A DNA stretch of 64,000 bases from positions 256,001 to 320,000 of the forward strand of contig CAVVJT010000004.1 of assembly GCA_963748625.1 (NCBI GenBank). Direction: 5' to 3'. A program made the position numbers and the translations under genes. Shown piece by piece: positions 31,201-39,953 of the stretch (its first letter is position 1; every line of letters starts with the position of its first letter). Source of the DNA: an uncultured Chloroflexia bacterium (GTDB lineage Bacteria; Chloroflexota; Limnocylindria; Limnocylindrales; CSP1-4). Under the pieces are notes generated by a model. It was not told the DNA's origin. It saw nothing but the letters and a program-made list of their open reading frames with translations, and did no database searches.

Positions 31201-32053
31201 CCTCACCGGGGCGACCAGCGCGGGCTTCACGATCACCGCGGGCGCCGCGAGCAGGCTCGCGTTCACGGTCAGCCCGACGGGCTCCGTGCCAGGCGTGCCC
31301 TTCCCCGTCCAGCCGAAGGTCGCGATCCGGGACGCGTATGGCAACACGGTGACAACGGCGACCAACCCGGTCACCCTGGCCGTGACCGGCGGCGGAACGA
31401 CGGTCACCTGCACCGCGAACACGGTCGCGGCCGTCGCCGGGGTGGCGTCGTTTGCCGGATGCAGGATCAACGTCGTGGGCACCGGCTACACGCTCCGGGC
31501 GACATCCGGGGGCCTCACCGCCGGGACGAGCGCCGCATTCAACATCACCACGGCCCTCGCGCCTACCGGCATCGCGCTGGCGAACAAGCCGGGCGGCACC
31601 CGGGACCAGATCGAGCCCGGCGACCAGATGATCATCAGCTTTGCCGGCACGCTGAAGGCGAGCACCCTGTGCTCGACCTGGCCCAGCGACACGACGGCGT
31701 ACTCGGCGAGCGACGGCACCCTGACGCTGGTCGGCCAGGGCGGACCAGCCGGCGACGACGAGATCCTGTTGAGCACCAGCACGTCCTGCGGCGGTGCCCT
31801 CAACTTCGGCTACGTCGACCTTGAATCGACGGCCGTGGTCGGCGGCACGGGCTCCTACACGTGGAATGCAACGATCGCCTGGGACCCTTCCACCGACACG
31901 TTGACCGTCACCGTGGGTGCGCTGACCTCCGGCGCTCCTCCCGTCAACACCAGCGCCCGCATCAATCGGACCTACCACCCGAGCGCGACCCTCACCGACC
32001 CGCTGGGCATCCCGATCAGCGGCACCGCCACGAACCGCAGCCGCTTCTTCTAG
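28250..32053 (+). CDS. Large adhesin-like protein (1267 aa) with SipW-type signal, FN3-like domain and Ig-like repeats
   Basis: VTLA/YWA motif; 105-aa repeats (QPRVTVQDAYGNTV); one Big-1-like domain (VTDGLGNPVSGVTVTF). Confidence 0.85.
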   Translation: MTGKLRFARMPVAVAVALSLVLATAAVTLAYWAVGGFGSASASTLVLDPPTAVTATFPNQASRTVRVTWTGHAAPGGGNPTGYYVQRLAGATPSPACGSSPTSLLSGAAATCDDPGVASGTYTYVVTAVFRTWTAASTPSAAVTVPVPALASFSVVPSTLAPTAGSGITLAVTAIDQYGATMTSYAGVQCVTLGGAHDAPGGAGPTYPAAGSCGSGSSVTFTSGAATVPVTLVAAETTTISVVDNATAKSGTTASIAVGPGAASRLAFTVSPSTPTAAGSAFATQPRVTVQDAYGNTVTGDTSAVTLAVTGGGALVSGCSANPVAAVAGVATFAGCRVTTAGTFTLAATDGALTGATSAGFTITAGAASRLAFTVSPSTPTAAGSAFATQPRVTVQDAYGNTVTGDTSAVTLAVTGGGALVSGCSANPVAAVAGVATFAGCRVTTAGTFTLAATDGALTGATSAGFTITAGAASRLAFTVSPSTPTAAGSAFATQPRVTVQDAYGNTVTGDTSAVTLAVTGGGALVSGCSANPVAAVAGVATFAGCRVTTAGTFTLAATDGALTGATSAGFTITAGAASRLAFTVSPSTPTAAGSAFATQPRVTVQDAYGNTVTGDTSAVTLAVTGGGALVSGCSANPVAAVAGVATFAGCRVTTAGTFTLAATDGALTGATSAGFTITAGAATVLAVSSGAGQSADVGTAFGSPLVALVTDGLGNPVSGVTVTFTAPGSGATGVFPGPSSTSTAVSNAGGLASSSTLTANTVAGAWSVSASASGTNTTAFGLSTSPGAASRLAFTVSPSTPTAAGSAFATQPRVTVQDAYGNTVTGDTSAVTLAVTGGGALVSGCSANPVAAVAGVATFAGCRVTTAGTFTLAATDGALTGATSAGFTITAGAASRLAFTVSPSTPTAAGSAFATQPRVTVQDAYGNTVTGDTSAVTLAVTGGGALVSGCSANPVAAVAGVATFAGCRVTTAGTFTLAATDGALTGATSAGFTITAGAASRLAFTVSPTGSVPGVPFPVQPKVAIRDAYGNTVTTATNPVTLAVTGGGTTVTCTANTVAAVAGVASFAGCRINVVGTGYTLRATSGGLTAGTSAAFNITTALAPTGIALANKPGGTRDQIEPGDQMIISFAGTLKASTLCSTWPSDTTAYSASDGTLTLVGQGGPAGDDEILLSTSTSCGGALNFGYVDLESTAVVGGTGSYTWNATIAWDPSTDTLTVTVGALTSGAPPVNTSARINRTYHPSATLTDPLGIPISGTATNRSRFF
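29030..31276 (+). repeat. Six identical 315-bp intragenic repeats (4 + 2)
   Basis: Units start at 29030, 29345, 29660, 29975 and 30611, 30926; a diverged seventh unit follows from 31241. Confidence 0.95.
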
Positions 32054-32074
32054 CCAGGTGCCGCAGGACGACGG

Positions 32075-33139
32075 CTACCCTTCGGGACTGTCGAGGTCCC
32101 GGGCGAACGCGGGCAGCGCGTCCGGGGCGCTGGGCGCTACGTCCGGGCGCGGCCTCGATCGGGCGGGCATCGTCCGCCACGCACGCTCGTCGAACCCCGA
32201 CGCGATCGCCTCCTCGCGCGTCATCACCGCATAGCGCGCGGCCACCGCGAGCGCGTCGAGGGCCGCACGCGCCTCGGCCGGTGTCAGCGATGCAAGTGAC
32301 GAGGCATTCGCAAGGCCCACGCGCTCCAGACCCCGTCCGTTGATGGACGCCGCGTACTGGGCGGCCCAGACGAGCTGGGGCGACTGATCACCGAGCGGCC
32401 GGCCCGGCGCAGCCGCCAGGGCGGCGCAGACGACCCCGCGCGAGCCAGGGGCCTCCCGCACGAGGTACCAGTTGTCGGGCCCTTCGATCAGGTCCACCAG
32501 GACAGACGCATACGGAAGACCGAACACGGATGCACCGCCGAGGCCATGCGCGTCGCCGCCCGGGACAGCCAGCATCAGGTGGAGGTCCGCAGGCTCGCGC
32601 AGCAGGCGGCGGTGCGCTCGGATCCATCCATCCCGTGCCTGGGCCGCGCCGATCCCGGTCGCGGCCGGCTCATCGATGATCACGACAGCGCAACCGGCGG
32701 CCCGCAGCGCTGCCAGCTCGCCGGCAAGGGATGCTGCAAAGGCCAGGGCCTGCCCGTTGAGGACGGAGAGGTCCCCGCAGGCGCCCCCATCGCGCAGCGC
32801 GAGCGTGTACGGGCCCGGTACCACTGCGGCGACGGTCGCGTCGGTGAGCGCCGCAGTCGCATGGAACGTGCGCACCAGCATGCCGTCGGGACCGGTGTCT
32901 CCTGCGGCGAGCGCGCCAAGCAGTGCCGCAATGGGGTCGGCCCACGAGACCTGGCCGTCGGAGATGAGATCGAGACCAGCCTCGACCTGGGCGGTGACCG
33001 CCTCGGCCCGGAGCTCCGCCCGCGCGGCGGTCACCGCCTCGGGCGTGACCCGACCGGCCGCCGCCTCGGCCTCGAGCGCGGTCACATCGACCCCGGATGA
33101 CGTGACGCGGGGCCAGGCCCCGCGAAGCATGGCGAACAC
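32075..33139 (-). CDS. MetE-like (cobalamin-independent methionine synthase fold) single-barrel protein lacking Zn ligands
   Basis: GAWPR, AQVEAGLDLISDGQ, PGPYTLA and IIDEP; HxC and CG motifs are absent. Confidence 0.7.
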   Translation of the reverse strand: MFAMLRGAWPRVTSSGVDVTALEAEAAAGRVTPEAVTAARAELRAEAVTAQVEAGLDLISDGQVSWADPIAALLGALAAGDTGPDGMLVRTFHATAALTDATVAAVVPGPYTLALRDGGACGDLSVLNGQALAFAASLAGELAALRAAGCAVVIIDEPAATGIGAAQARDGWIRAHRRLLREPADLHLMLAVPGGDAHGLGGASVFGLPYASVLVDLIEGPDNWYLVREAPGSRGVVCAALAAAPGRPLGDQSPQLVWAAQYAASINGRGLERVGLANASSLASLTPAEARAALDALAVAARYAVMTREEAIASGFDERAWRTMPARSRPRPDVAPSAPDALPAFARDLDSPEG

Positions 33140-33326
33140 CTTCGGATCGTACCCTCCCATCCGCCGCGCCATGGGCTGCGAAGAGGGGGCGATGGACATG
33201 CTGCTCACTGGCCCGCTCACCACCCACCCGGCCGTCGCGTTCCTCCGTTCCTTCGCGCCCGTGCCCACTCGACCCGCCCTTGGGTATGATCGACCTGCCC
33301 GGCGGACGGGGGAAGTGGAGGATCGG

Positions 33327-33938
33327 TTGCGGCAGCCTGATGACGTGCAGGCGCAGCGGCGCGCGGAGGACGCGGCGCTGCTGGCGCGTATCGTCGACAA
33401 GGATGAGCGGGCCGTGGAGGCGCTGTATGCGCGCTACTCCGGGCCGCTCTACTCGCTTGCCTACCAGGTCACCCACGCCGAGCGCTTCGCCCAGGACGTC
33501 GTCCAGGAGGTCTTCGTCGCCCTCTGGCGCGATGCGAGTCGCTTCGACCCCGCCCGCGGCGCCGTCGCGCCCTGGCTCTTCTCGCTGGCGCGGCACAAGG
33601 CGATCGACCTCGTCCGTCGTGAGGCCAACGTCCGCAAGCACACCGCGGACGTGGACCTCGAGCTGCGTGAGGCCGACGATGACGTGGATCACGAGACATG
33701 GCTCCGGATCCGCCGCGAGCGCGTCCATGTGGCGATCGAGGAGTTGACGCCGGTCCAGCGCGAAGCGCTGGAGCTCGCCTTCTTCCAGGGCCTCACCCAC
33801 GTCGAGGTGTCGGAGCGCCTCGGTATCCCCCTCGGCACGGCCAAGACCCGGATCCGGAGCGCACTGCTCCGTCTCCGCGACGTCCTCGGTGACTCGGTCT
33901 CGGAGCTGCCTGCGGGTGCGGGAGCCCTCGAGCCATGA
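33327..33938 (+). CDS. ECF sigma factor (SigK-like)
   Basis: DVVQEVF, FDPARG, WLFSLARHKAID and LAFFQGLTHVEV...PLGTAKTRIR; start approximate. Confidence 0.9.
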   Translation: MRQPDDVQAQRRAEDAALLARIVDKDERAVEALYARYSGPLYSLAYQVTHAERFAQDVVQEVFVALWRDASRFDPARGAVAPWLFSLARHKAIDLVRREANVRKHTADVDLELREADDDVDHETWLRIRRERVHVAIEELTPVQREALELAFFQGLTHVEVSERLGIPLGTAKTRIRSALLRLRDVLGDSVSELPAGAGALEP

Positions 33939-34807
33939 TCCACGCCGAGGCCGAAGCACTCCTCGCCGCCGGTGCGGTCCTTGGCGACCTCGACCCTGAC
34001 GAGCAGGCCCGCTACGACACCCATCGCGCCGCCTGCGACGCGTGCCGGTCCCTTGAGGTCGAGCTCGACCACGTCCTCGCCGACCTGGCGCTCGTGGTCC
34101 CCGAACGCGTGCCGCCTCCGGATCTCCTCGACGGCATCCGGGCGGCGATCGCGGCCGACGGAGCACGCGCCGGCGGACCGGTGTCGAGCCCCGTCGACAT
34201 GTCAGCCGTGTCCCCGGGCCGCACGCCCGACGTGGCGCCTGTGGCTCCTGACGTGGAGCCCGTGACAGGCAAGGTCATCGCCTTCGATCCTGCACGCTCG
34301 CGCCGCTCACAACGCCTGCTCGTCTCCTCTCTCGGCCTCGCGGCCGTGCTGGGCATCGTGGCCGTCGGCCTCGGTGTCAGCAACCGCGGCCTGCAGCAGG
34401 ATCTCGCTGCGCAGACCGCACAGGTGACACGCCTGGAGGCAACGGTGGCGAGTGCCGGCAGCGCGATGACCGTCGCCCTGAATCCGTCACACGTCACGGT
34501 CGCCCTGCACGCCGAGCCGCTCGCGCCCGAGGCGGCAGCAGCGGTGATGTACCTGCCCGGATCGACGTCGTCGTGGATCGTTGTCGAGAACCTTCCGGCC
34601 ACACCCGCGGGCCACGGCTACCAGCTCTGGTATGCCGACGCGGCGGGGGTGCACGGCCTGCAGACGGTCGCCTTCGATGGTGAGGGCGCGTTCATGGCCC
34701 CGATCGACGCCGACCTGGCCGACGCGGCAGCCGTCATGATCACCCTCGAGCCGGACGGCGGCGCCACCGGAGAGCCCGGGCCGCAGGTGGTCTTCGGCGA
34801 GCTGTAG
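33935..34807 (+). CDS. RskA-like anti-sigma factor with zinc finger
   Basis: H...HRAACDAC, TM helix, YQLW and ITLEPDGG...PG. Confidence 0.88.
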   Translation: MIHAEAEALLAAGAVLGDLDPDEQARYDTHRAACDACRSLEVELDHVLADLALVVPERVPPPDLLDGIRAAIAADGARAGGPVSSPVDMSAVSPGRTPDVAPVAPDVEPVTGKVIAFDPARSRRSQRLLVSSLGLAAVLGIVAVGLGVSNRGLQQDLAAQTAQVTRLEATVASAGSAMTVALNPSHVTVALHAEPLAPEAAAAVMYLPGSTSSWIVVENLPATPAGHGYQLWYADAAGVHGLQTVAFDGEGAFMAPIDADLADAAAVMITLEPDGGATGEPGPQVVFGEL

Positions 34808-34810
34808 CGG

Positions 34811-36019
34811 CTACCCCGCCCAGTACGCAGCGCCCACGAACCAGAGCGCGACCATCGCCAGCCCGAGCAGTCCCACGCCCGCGAGGCGGATGCCGAACGT
34901 CCCAGCCGTGCCGAACACCGGCACGGTCGTACCCGGTGTGGTACCGGGGCGGCGCCACATCGAGCGTATGGTGGGAACCATCGTGGGCGCGAACAGCACG
35001 CCCAGCCAGAGGCCGGTGACGAGGCCGCCGGCATGCGCCCAGTTGTCGATGCCGGGCATCACGAACCCGTAGATCATGGTGATGGCCGCGGCGCCCACCA
35101 GCTGGCCGATGAACGCGCGGGACGCCCGGTCGATCATGGGCCGGTGGACCATCTCGGCCGCGATCAGCACCCCGAACAGGCCCATGATCGCCCCCGACGC
35201 GCCCACGCTCACCGCGGAGCTCGTGCCCAGCGCAAATGACAGGAGCGAGCCGCCAGCCGCCGCCGCGAGGTACAGGAGCAGGAAGTTGCGCCGCCCGTAG
35301 AGCTGCTCCACGAACGGGCCGGCCAGCCACAGCGCGTACATGTTGAGGCCCAGGTGGAGCAGGCCGCCGTGGACAAGAGTCACGGTCCACAGCCGCCAGA
35401 TCTCCCCGACCGCGACGAGCGGCTTGATGAGCGCGAGGAACTCGAACAGCAGCTCGCCGACCTGGGGCGCGAAGTCCACCGCCATCGAGGTGATCACCGT
35501 GACGCCGATCACGCCGAGCGCGAACGAGAAGCCCCGGTCGCCCCGGGCGCGCGCGAAGTAGCGGCCCGACGCTCCCTGGTCACCCAGCTCCTTCGACAGC
35601 CAGCCCATCCGGTTGGCGATCTCCGGCTTGTCCTCGCTCGGCGCGCGCCGGTCGGCCTCCTTGTAGGCGTCGAGCGCGCCCCGGAGGTTCCCCGCGCGCA
35701 CCCGTGCGGCGGCGACGTTGCGCCACGCGGCGTACGTGTAGTCGTTCTCGGCAAGACGCGTCGCGGCCTCCCACTCGGCGAGCGCCTGGGCGTCGTCGTC
35801 GAGCCGGTGGAACGCCTCGCCCAGGCCGATCAGGGCGGCCGACGTGAGCGCAGGGTCGTCGATCCCCACGATCCGCTGGTAGAGGCGGGCCGCATCCACG
35901 AAGTCCGCCGAGGCCATCAGCTCCGCGGCATGGGCCAGGGCGGCCTGCGCCTCTGCGCGACTCAGCGGCCCCTGGCGACCCATCGCCCCACGGTAGTCGA
36001 ACTCGGATGCGTCACTCAC
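34811..36019 (-). CDS. TPR-rhomboid intramembrane serine protease fusion
   Basis: N-terminal TPR-like helices; WR, HGGLLHLGLN, GASG and AHAGG. Confidence 0.88.
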   Translation of the reverse strand: MSDASEFDYRGAMGRQGPLSRAEAQAALAHAAELMASADFVDAARLYQRIVGIDDPALTSAALIGLGEAFHRLDDDAQALAEWEAATRLAENDYTYAAWRNVAAARVRAGNLRGALDAYKEADRRAPSEDKPEIANRMGWLSKELGDQGASGRYFARARGDRGFSFALGVIGVTVITSMAVDFAPQVGELLFEFLALIKPLVAVGEIWRLWTVTLVHGGLLHLGLNMYALWLAGPFVEQLYGRRNFLLLYLAAAAGGSLLSFALGTSSAVSVGASGAIMGLFGVLIAAEMVHRPMIDRASRAFIGQLVGAAAITMIYGFVMPGIDNWAHAGGLVTGLWLGVLFAPTMVPTIRSMWRRPGTTPGTTVPVFGTAGTFGIRLAGVGLLGLAMVALWFVGAAYWAG

Positions 36020-36045
36020 GCGAGGCAGGGTACCCGAGAAGCGTT

Positions 36046-36102
36046 GCCTAGGCCGTCAGGCAAGGCCCAGGCCGTCGGGCAAGGCCCGGGCCGTCGGGGC
36101 GT
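36046..36102. repeat. Three imperfect 19-bp tandem repeats in a divergent promoter region
   Basis: GCCTAGGCCGTCAGGCAAG / GCCCAGGCCGTCGGGCAAG / GCCCGGGCCGTCGGGGCGT. Confidence 0.6.
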
Positions 36103-36148
36103 CCGGCCGTCCTCCGCCGTCCGACGACCCGGGCGCTAGACTCGGCGA

Positions 36149-36880
36149 ATGTGCGGACGATTCACCCAGCAGCGCCCGACCTCTGACATCGCGGCCATCT
36201 TCGGCGCCGAGGACCTTGCCGACGATCCCGGCGGCCACTTCAATGTCGCCCCCACCGATCCGGCGGCCGTCGTGGTCCAGCGGGAGGATCGCCGGGCGGT
36301 CGTGCGCTACCAGTGGGGGTTCCAGCCGTCCTGGGCCACCGCCGGCAAGGACGGCCGCCCTCCCCAGCGTCCCTTCAACGCGCGAGCGGAGTCCCTCTCC
36401 ACGAGCGGGCTCTTCCGCGACGCCTTCCGCAAGCGGCGCTGCCTCGTCCCCGTCGACGGCTTCTACGAGTGGCGACGCGAGGGCAAGGCCAGGATGCCGC
36501 TCCACATCCATGACGCCGGCCGCAACATCCTCGCGCTGGCTGGCCTCTGGACCGGGCGCCAGGACGAGGTGACGGGCGAGTGGATCCGCAGCTTCACCAT
36601 CGTCACCACCCGCCCCAACGATTTCATGGCCTCGATCCACGACCGGATGCCGGTGGTGGTCCCACCCGAGTCGTGGGAGCTGTGGCTCGACCCCACCCCA
36701 AAGGACGCCGGCGAGCTGCGTGCGCTCCTGGAGCCAGGCGAGCAGATCGGCCTTGCCGCGTACGCGGTGGGCACGCTCGTCAACAACGCCCGCAACGACG
36801 GGCCCGAGTTGATCCTGCCCGCGGACTCCACCCCCGTGGCGGATGACCGGCCGGAGGACGCCAGCCTCCGCCTCCTCTGA
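36149..36880 (+). CDS. SOS response-associated peptidase (SRAP/YedK)
   Basis: MCGRF, NARAE, GFYEW and HDRMP. Confidence 0.93.
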   Translation: MCGRFTQQRPTSDIAAIFGAEDLADDPGGHFNVAPTDPAAVVVQREDRRAVVRYQWGFQPSWATAGKDGRPPQRPFNARAESLSTSGLFRDAFRKRRCLVPVDGFYEWRREGKARMPLHIHDAGRNILALAGLWTGRQDEVTGEWIRSFTIVTTRPNDFMASIHDRMPVVVPPESWELWLDPTPKDAGELRALLEPGEQIGLAAYAVGTLVNNARNDGPELILPADSTPVADDRPEDASLRLL

Positions 36881-36915
36881 CGCCCGATGGATCTGCGTCA
36901 CCTGCCTGGCGACGC

Positions 36916-37572
36916 TCAGAGGACCCTCCGCCCGGGGAGCATGCCCTCCGCCATCTCGGAGGCGGCAACGACGTGGCGCCGGTTGAGCAGAGCGAAGGGG
37001 TACCGGCTGATGATCCGCCGGTCGGCGAGTGACCTTGTGCGGACATCTGTGAGGGGGACGAATACGGGATCGGTGGACTCGACCAACGCCGCCAGGTCCC
37101 CGCCGTCCGGCCCATACAGCTCGCCGGTCAGCGTGTGGCCCGGCGTCACGTAGATCATGGCGTGGGTGATCTTGGGGATCCGGAACTCCCTGGCATCCGC
37201 GACGGCGGCGGCCGCCTCCAACTGGCCGAAGATCGTCACCTCCTCGGGGCTGACCCAGATCCGGGCGGCCGTGACCTTCGTCGGCTCGCCGTTGCGCCGC
37301 AGGATCGTCACGTCGTGAAGCGCGAGCATGCCGACGTGGTGGTTCATGAAGTCCGAGAGACGGCTGAACCGGCCGATGTCGAACGTGCCCGTCACCCGCA
37401 TATGCTGGCCCACGAGCTCCACCCGGACCGGGGTTGCCAGGGTCGGGACATGCGGGGCTGCGGCGACAACCTGACCGTCATCCACCAGGTCCTCGAGGTG
37501 GATGGAGACGTCGCCATCCGGGCGCTGGTCGGGGACGACGGCGAAGTCGCGCGCGGCCTCAGATTCGATCAT
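36916..37572 (-). CDS. Hypothetical protein with two DUF6812-like repeats
   Basis: Duplicated pattern G...RLSDFMN...LALHDV and G...LAALVE...FVPLTDV...LNRRHV. Confidence 0.55.
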   Translation of the reverse strand: MIESEAARDFAVVPDQRPDGDVSIHLEDLVDDGQVVAAAPHVPTLATPVRVELVGQHMRVTGTFDIGRFSRLSDFMNHHVGMLALHDVTILRRNGEPTKVTAARIWVSPEEVTIFGQLEAAAAVADAREFRIPKITHAMIYVTPGHTLTGELYGPDGGDLAALVESTDPVFVPLTDVRTRSLADRRIISRYPFALLNRRHVVAASEMAEGMLPGRRVL

Positions 37573-37737
37573 CGTGGGCACCTGGCTGGCATGGGGCTCT
37601 GACCCGGCCTGAGCCGGTCCCACGATGGTCGGGAGCGCTGGCTTACGAGCGCCATAACGCGGAGTTCCCAGCAGTCCCAGGTGGCCTTGCGCACGTGAAC
37701 CGACGCCCCACCGGATGCGGGGCTGTGCCAACCCGGT

Positions 37738-38388
37738 TCAGCCGTCGCCCGCGACAGGCTCCCAGCCGGCAGCACCCGTGGCGGCGCGCAGGGCATCCTC
37801 GGGCGCGAGCCCGCGATCCAGGCCTGCCGCGATCACGCCCACGAGCGCCCCGAACGCGCCGTCATCGTCTCCCGGCGACCCCAGGACGAGCGCGGAGGCC
37901 GGCACAGACGGCTGGTGCGCACCGTGGGCCAGGACCACGACCAGGCTCGCCCCCGCGAACGCAGCCGCGTCCACGGTGGCCGGGATCACATCCACGGGCA
38001 CCTCGTCTGTGACGACGAGGACGTCGAAGGCGGTGAGGTAGCTCAGGCCGAGGGCGACGTCCGCAGGCTCCAGGAGCGGACCCTCGCCGGCGGCCGAGCT
38101 GGGCGCCGTCGAGGCAGGATCGGCGAACGGATCCTCGTCGTCAGGCTCGGCGGGCAGCTGGCTTCGCCGGGTCGGGCGAACGGGGTCACGAAGGACGGCG
38201 GCGTGACCCACCGACGACCTGGCAAGCGCGATGAGCAGGGCGTTGCCTGCAGCGTCGTCGCCGATCCGGCCGACCAGCTCCACGCGCGCTCCGGCACCGA
38301 CTGCTGCAAGCGCGATCTCACAAGCGCGCCCTGCGGGACCCGACGGTTCCGACGAACGCCAGGCAGGCATCCCGACAACGGTGATCAT
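37738..38388 (-). CDS. PfkB/ribokinase-like short protein
   Basis: LVGRIGDDAAGNALL motif; the C-terminal GAGD motif is degenerate. Confidence 0.55.
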   Translation of the reverse strand: MITVVGMPAWRSSEPSGPAGRACEIALAAVGAGARVELVGRIGDDAAGNALLIALARSSVGHAAVLRDPVRPTRRSQLPAEPDDEDPFADPASTAPSSAAGEGPLLEPADVALGLSYLTAFDVLVVTDEVPVDVIPATVDAAAFAGASLVVVLAHGAHQPSVPASALVLGSPGDDDGAFGALVGVIAAGLDRGLAPEDALRAATGAAGWEPVAGDG

Positions 38389-38435
38389 GCCGACAGACTA
38401 CCCCTCACCCGGCATCGGGCGCGGGACCAACGCCG

Positions 38436-39230
38436 TCAGCGCGTGACTGCGTCGTTGTCCGGCGTAGGCGTCGCTTCGGGGTCAGGCGTGTCGGAGGGCC
38501 TCGGCGTCCGCGTCGGCTGGGGCGTGTCCGTCGCGTGCTCGTCGTCCTCGTCCGGCGTGGCCGTGGGCTTGGGGGTTGGCTTGGGGGTGGGCTTCCTCGT
38601 CGGCGAGGCAGTCTTGTTGTCACCCGAGGCGGAGCCGCCGCTGTCGTCGGTCTTGTCCTCGTCGTCCGGCGTCTCAGTCGGCTCGGGCGTCTCGCCCGGC
38701 TCGGCGGACTCGGACGGGGACGGGCTCGGGGACCACTCGGCGGACTCGGACGGCGAGGGGGACGGGCTCGGGGGCGCAGTCGCCTCGGGTGCCTCGCTCG
38801 GATCATCGGTCGCGGTGGGAACCTCGACCGGCGGGGTCGGGCCGCCATCGACAAGGCCGAGGGCGGCTGCAGCCCCGTACGTGACCCCCCCGCCAAGCGC
38901 GACTACCACCAGGACCACGGCGAGCGCTTGGACCCGGACCACGGCCGGGAACCCGCCGCTGAAGGTGACCCGGAAGGCATCGCGGATGGAGGCGAGGAGC
39001 GCGATCAGCGCGGCTGTGCGCAGCGCGTGCCCGGCGGCGCGCGCCGGCGCGGGCAGGGGCTCGGCGCCCACCGCAGCCATGACGCGGTCCGCGAAGCCCG
39101 GCGACGTGGCCACCGGGACGCGGCCGGCCACGGCCTCGAGCTCGCGTGCGAGACGGGCCTCGGCGGCCAGCTCGTCCGGCGTCATGCCCTCGGCACCGTC
39201 CAGCTCGTCAGGGCGGAACGGGCCGCTCAT
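38436..39230 (-). CDS. Putative anti-sigma factor with acidic P/T-rich extracellular tail
   Basis: ATGA overlap with the sigma stop; PGFADRVMAAV motif, TM helix and low-complexity tail. Confidence 0.7.
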   Translation of the reverse strand: MSGPFRPDELDGAEGMTPDELAAEARLARELEAVAGRVPVATSPGFADRVMAAVGAEPLPAPARAAGHALRTAALIALLASIRDAFRVTFSGGFPAVVRVQALAVVLVVVALGGGVTYGAAAALGLVDGGPTPPVEVPTATDDPSEAPEATAPPSPSPSPSESAEWSPSPSPSESAEPGETPEPTETPDDEDKTDDSGGSASGDNKTASPTRKPTPKPTPKPTATPDEDDEHATDTPQPTRTPRPSDTPDPEATPTPDNDAVTR

Positions 39231-39868
39231 TGCTCGGTCTCCTCGAGATTGCGCCGGAGGCGCGCGAGGCCGCGGTGCAGGTGGGTCTTCACGGTGCCGA
39301 GGGGACGGTCGGTCGCCTCGGCGATCTCGTTGAGCGAGCGCTCCGCGAAGAAGCGCAGCGCAACGACCTCGCGGTAGGGCTCATCCAGAGCGGCGACGGC
39401 TGCACGAAGCTGGGCGTCGCGCTCGGAGCGCAGGAACGAGTGGGCCGGATCGACCGCCTCGGTGGTCATCGTGGTCCGATAGCGCTCCTGGCCGGGCAGA
39501 TCTCCCTCGGCGGCAAGCGGGTCGAGCCAGGTGACCTGCTTGCGCTGCGAGGAGCGCCGGATCGCCAGACGGACGGCGATGCGAGTCAGCCACGCACCGA
39601 AGGCGCCGTCCGCGCGCCATGACCCCAGCGAGCGATACGCGATCACGAACGCCTCCTGGGACACATCCTCGGCCTCGGCACGATCGCCGAGGACTCGAGC
39701 ACACGCGGCGACGACCGATGGCGCTTCACGCTCCACGAGGAGGCGGAAGGCGTCTCGGTCGCCGGCGAGGACTGCATCCACGATCGTGCGGTCATCGGGT
39801 GTGGCCTCAGCGTCGCTGCGGACGCGCCTGGTGTCGATGGCTTGCGGTTCCTCCGTCCTGCGGGACAC
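39227..39868 (-). CDS. ECF sigma factor (SigW/RpoE-like)
   Basis: GDRDAFRLLV, AEDVSQEAF, WLTRIA and EIAE...PLGTVKTHLHRG; start approximate. Confidence 0.9.
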   Translation of the reverse strand: MSRRTEEPQAIDTRRVRSDAEATPDDRTIVDAVLAGDRDAFRLLVEREAPSVVAACARVLGDRAEAEDVSQEAFVIAYRSLGSWRADGAFGAWLTRIAVRLAIRRSSQRKQVTWLDPLAAEGDLPGQERYRTTMTTEAVDPAHSFLRSERDAQLRAAVAALDEPYREVVALRFFAERSLNEIAEATDRPLGTVKTHLHRGLARLRRNLEETEQ

Positions 39869-39953
39869 CGAGTATGCCCGGTGCGGGCTCCCGGTCGGTT
39901 CCCATCGCAGGACGGAGGTCATGCAGTCTGTCGGCGTTGGTGGCTGATCGCTG

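Noticed and set aside
29030-31276. Repeats as a CRISPR array
   Set aside because: They are 315-bp in-frame coding units with no spacers and no cas genes.
27842-31978. Long antisense ORFs (1378 aa and 871 aa) over the adhesin
   Set aside because: Shadow frames produced by GC-rich codon bias and repetition of a stop-free unit.
37573-37737. Structured leader with CACCTGG/CCAGGTG pairing
   Set aside because: Short stems are expected at this GC content, and no known riboswitch motif is visible.
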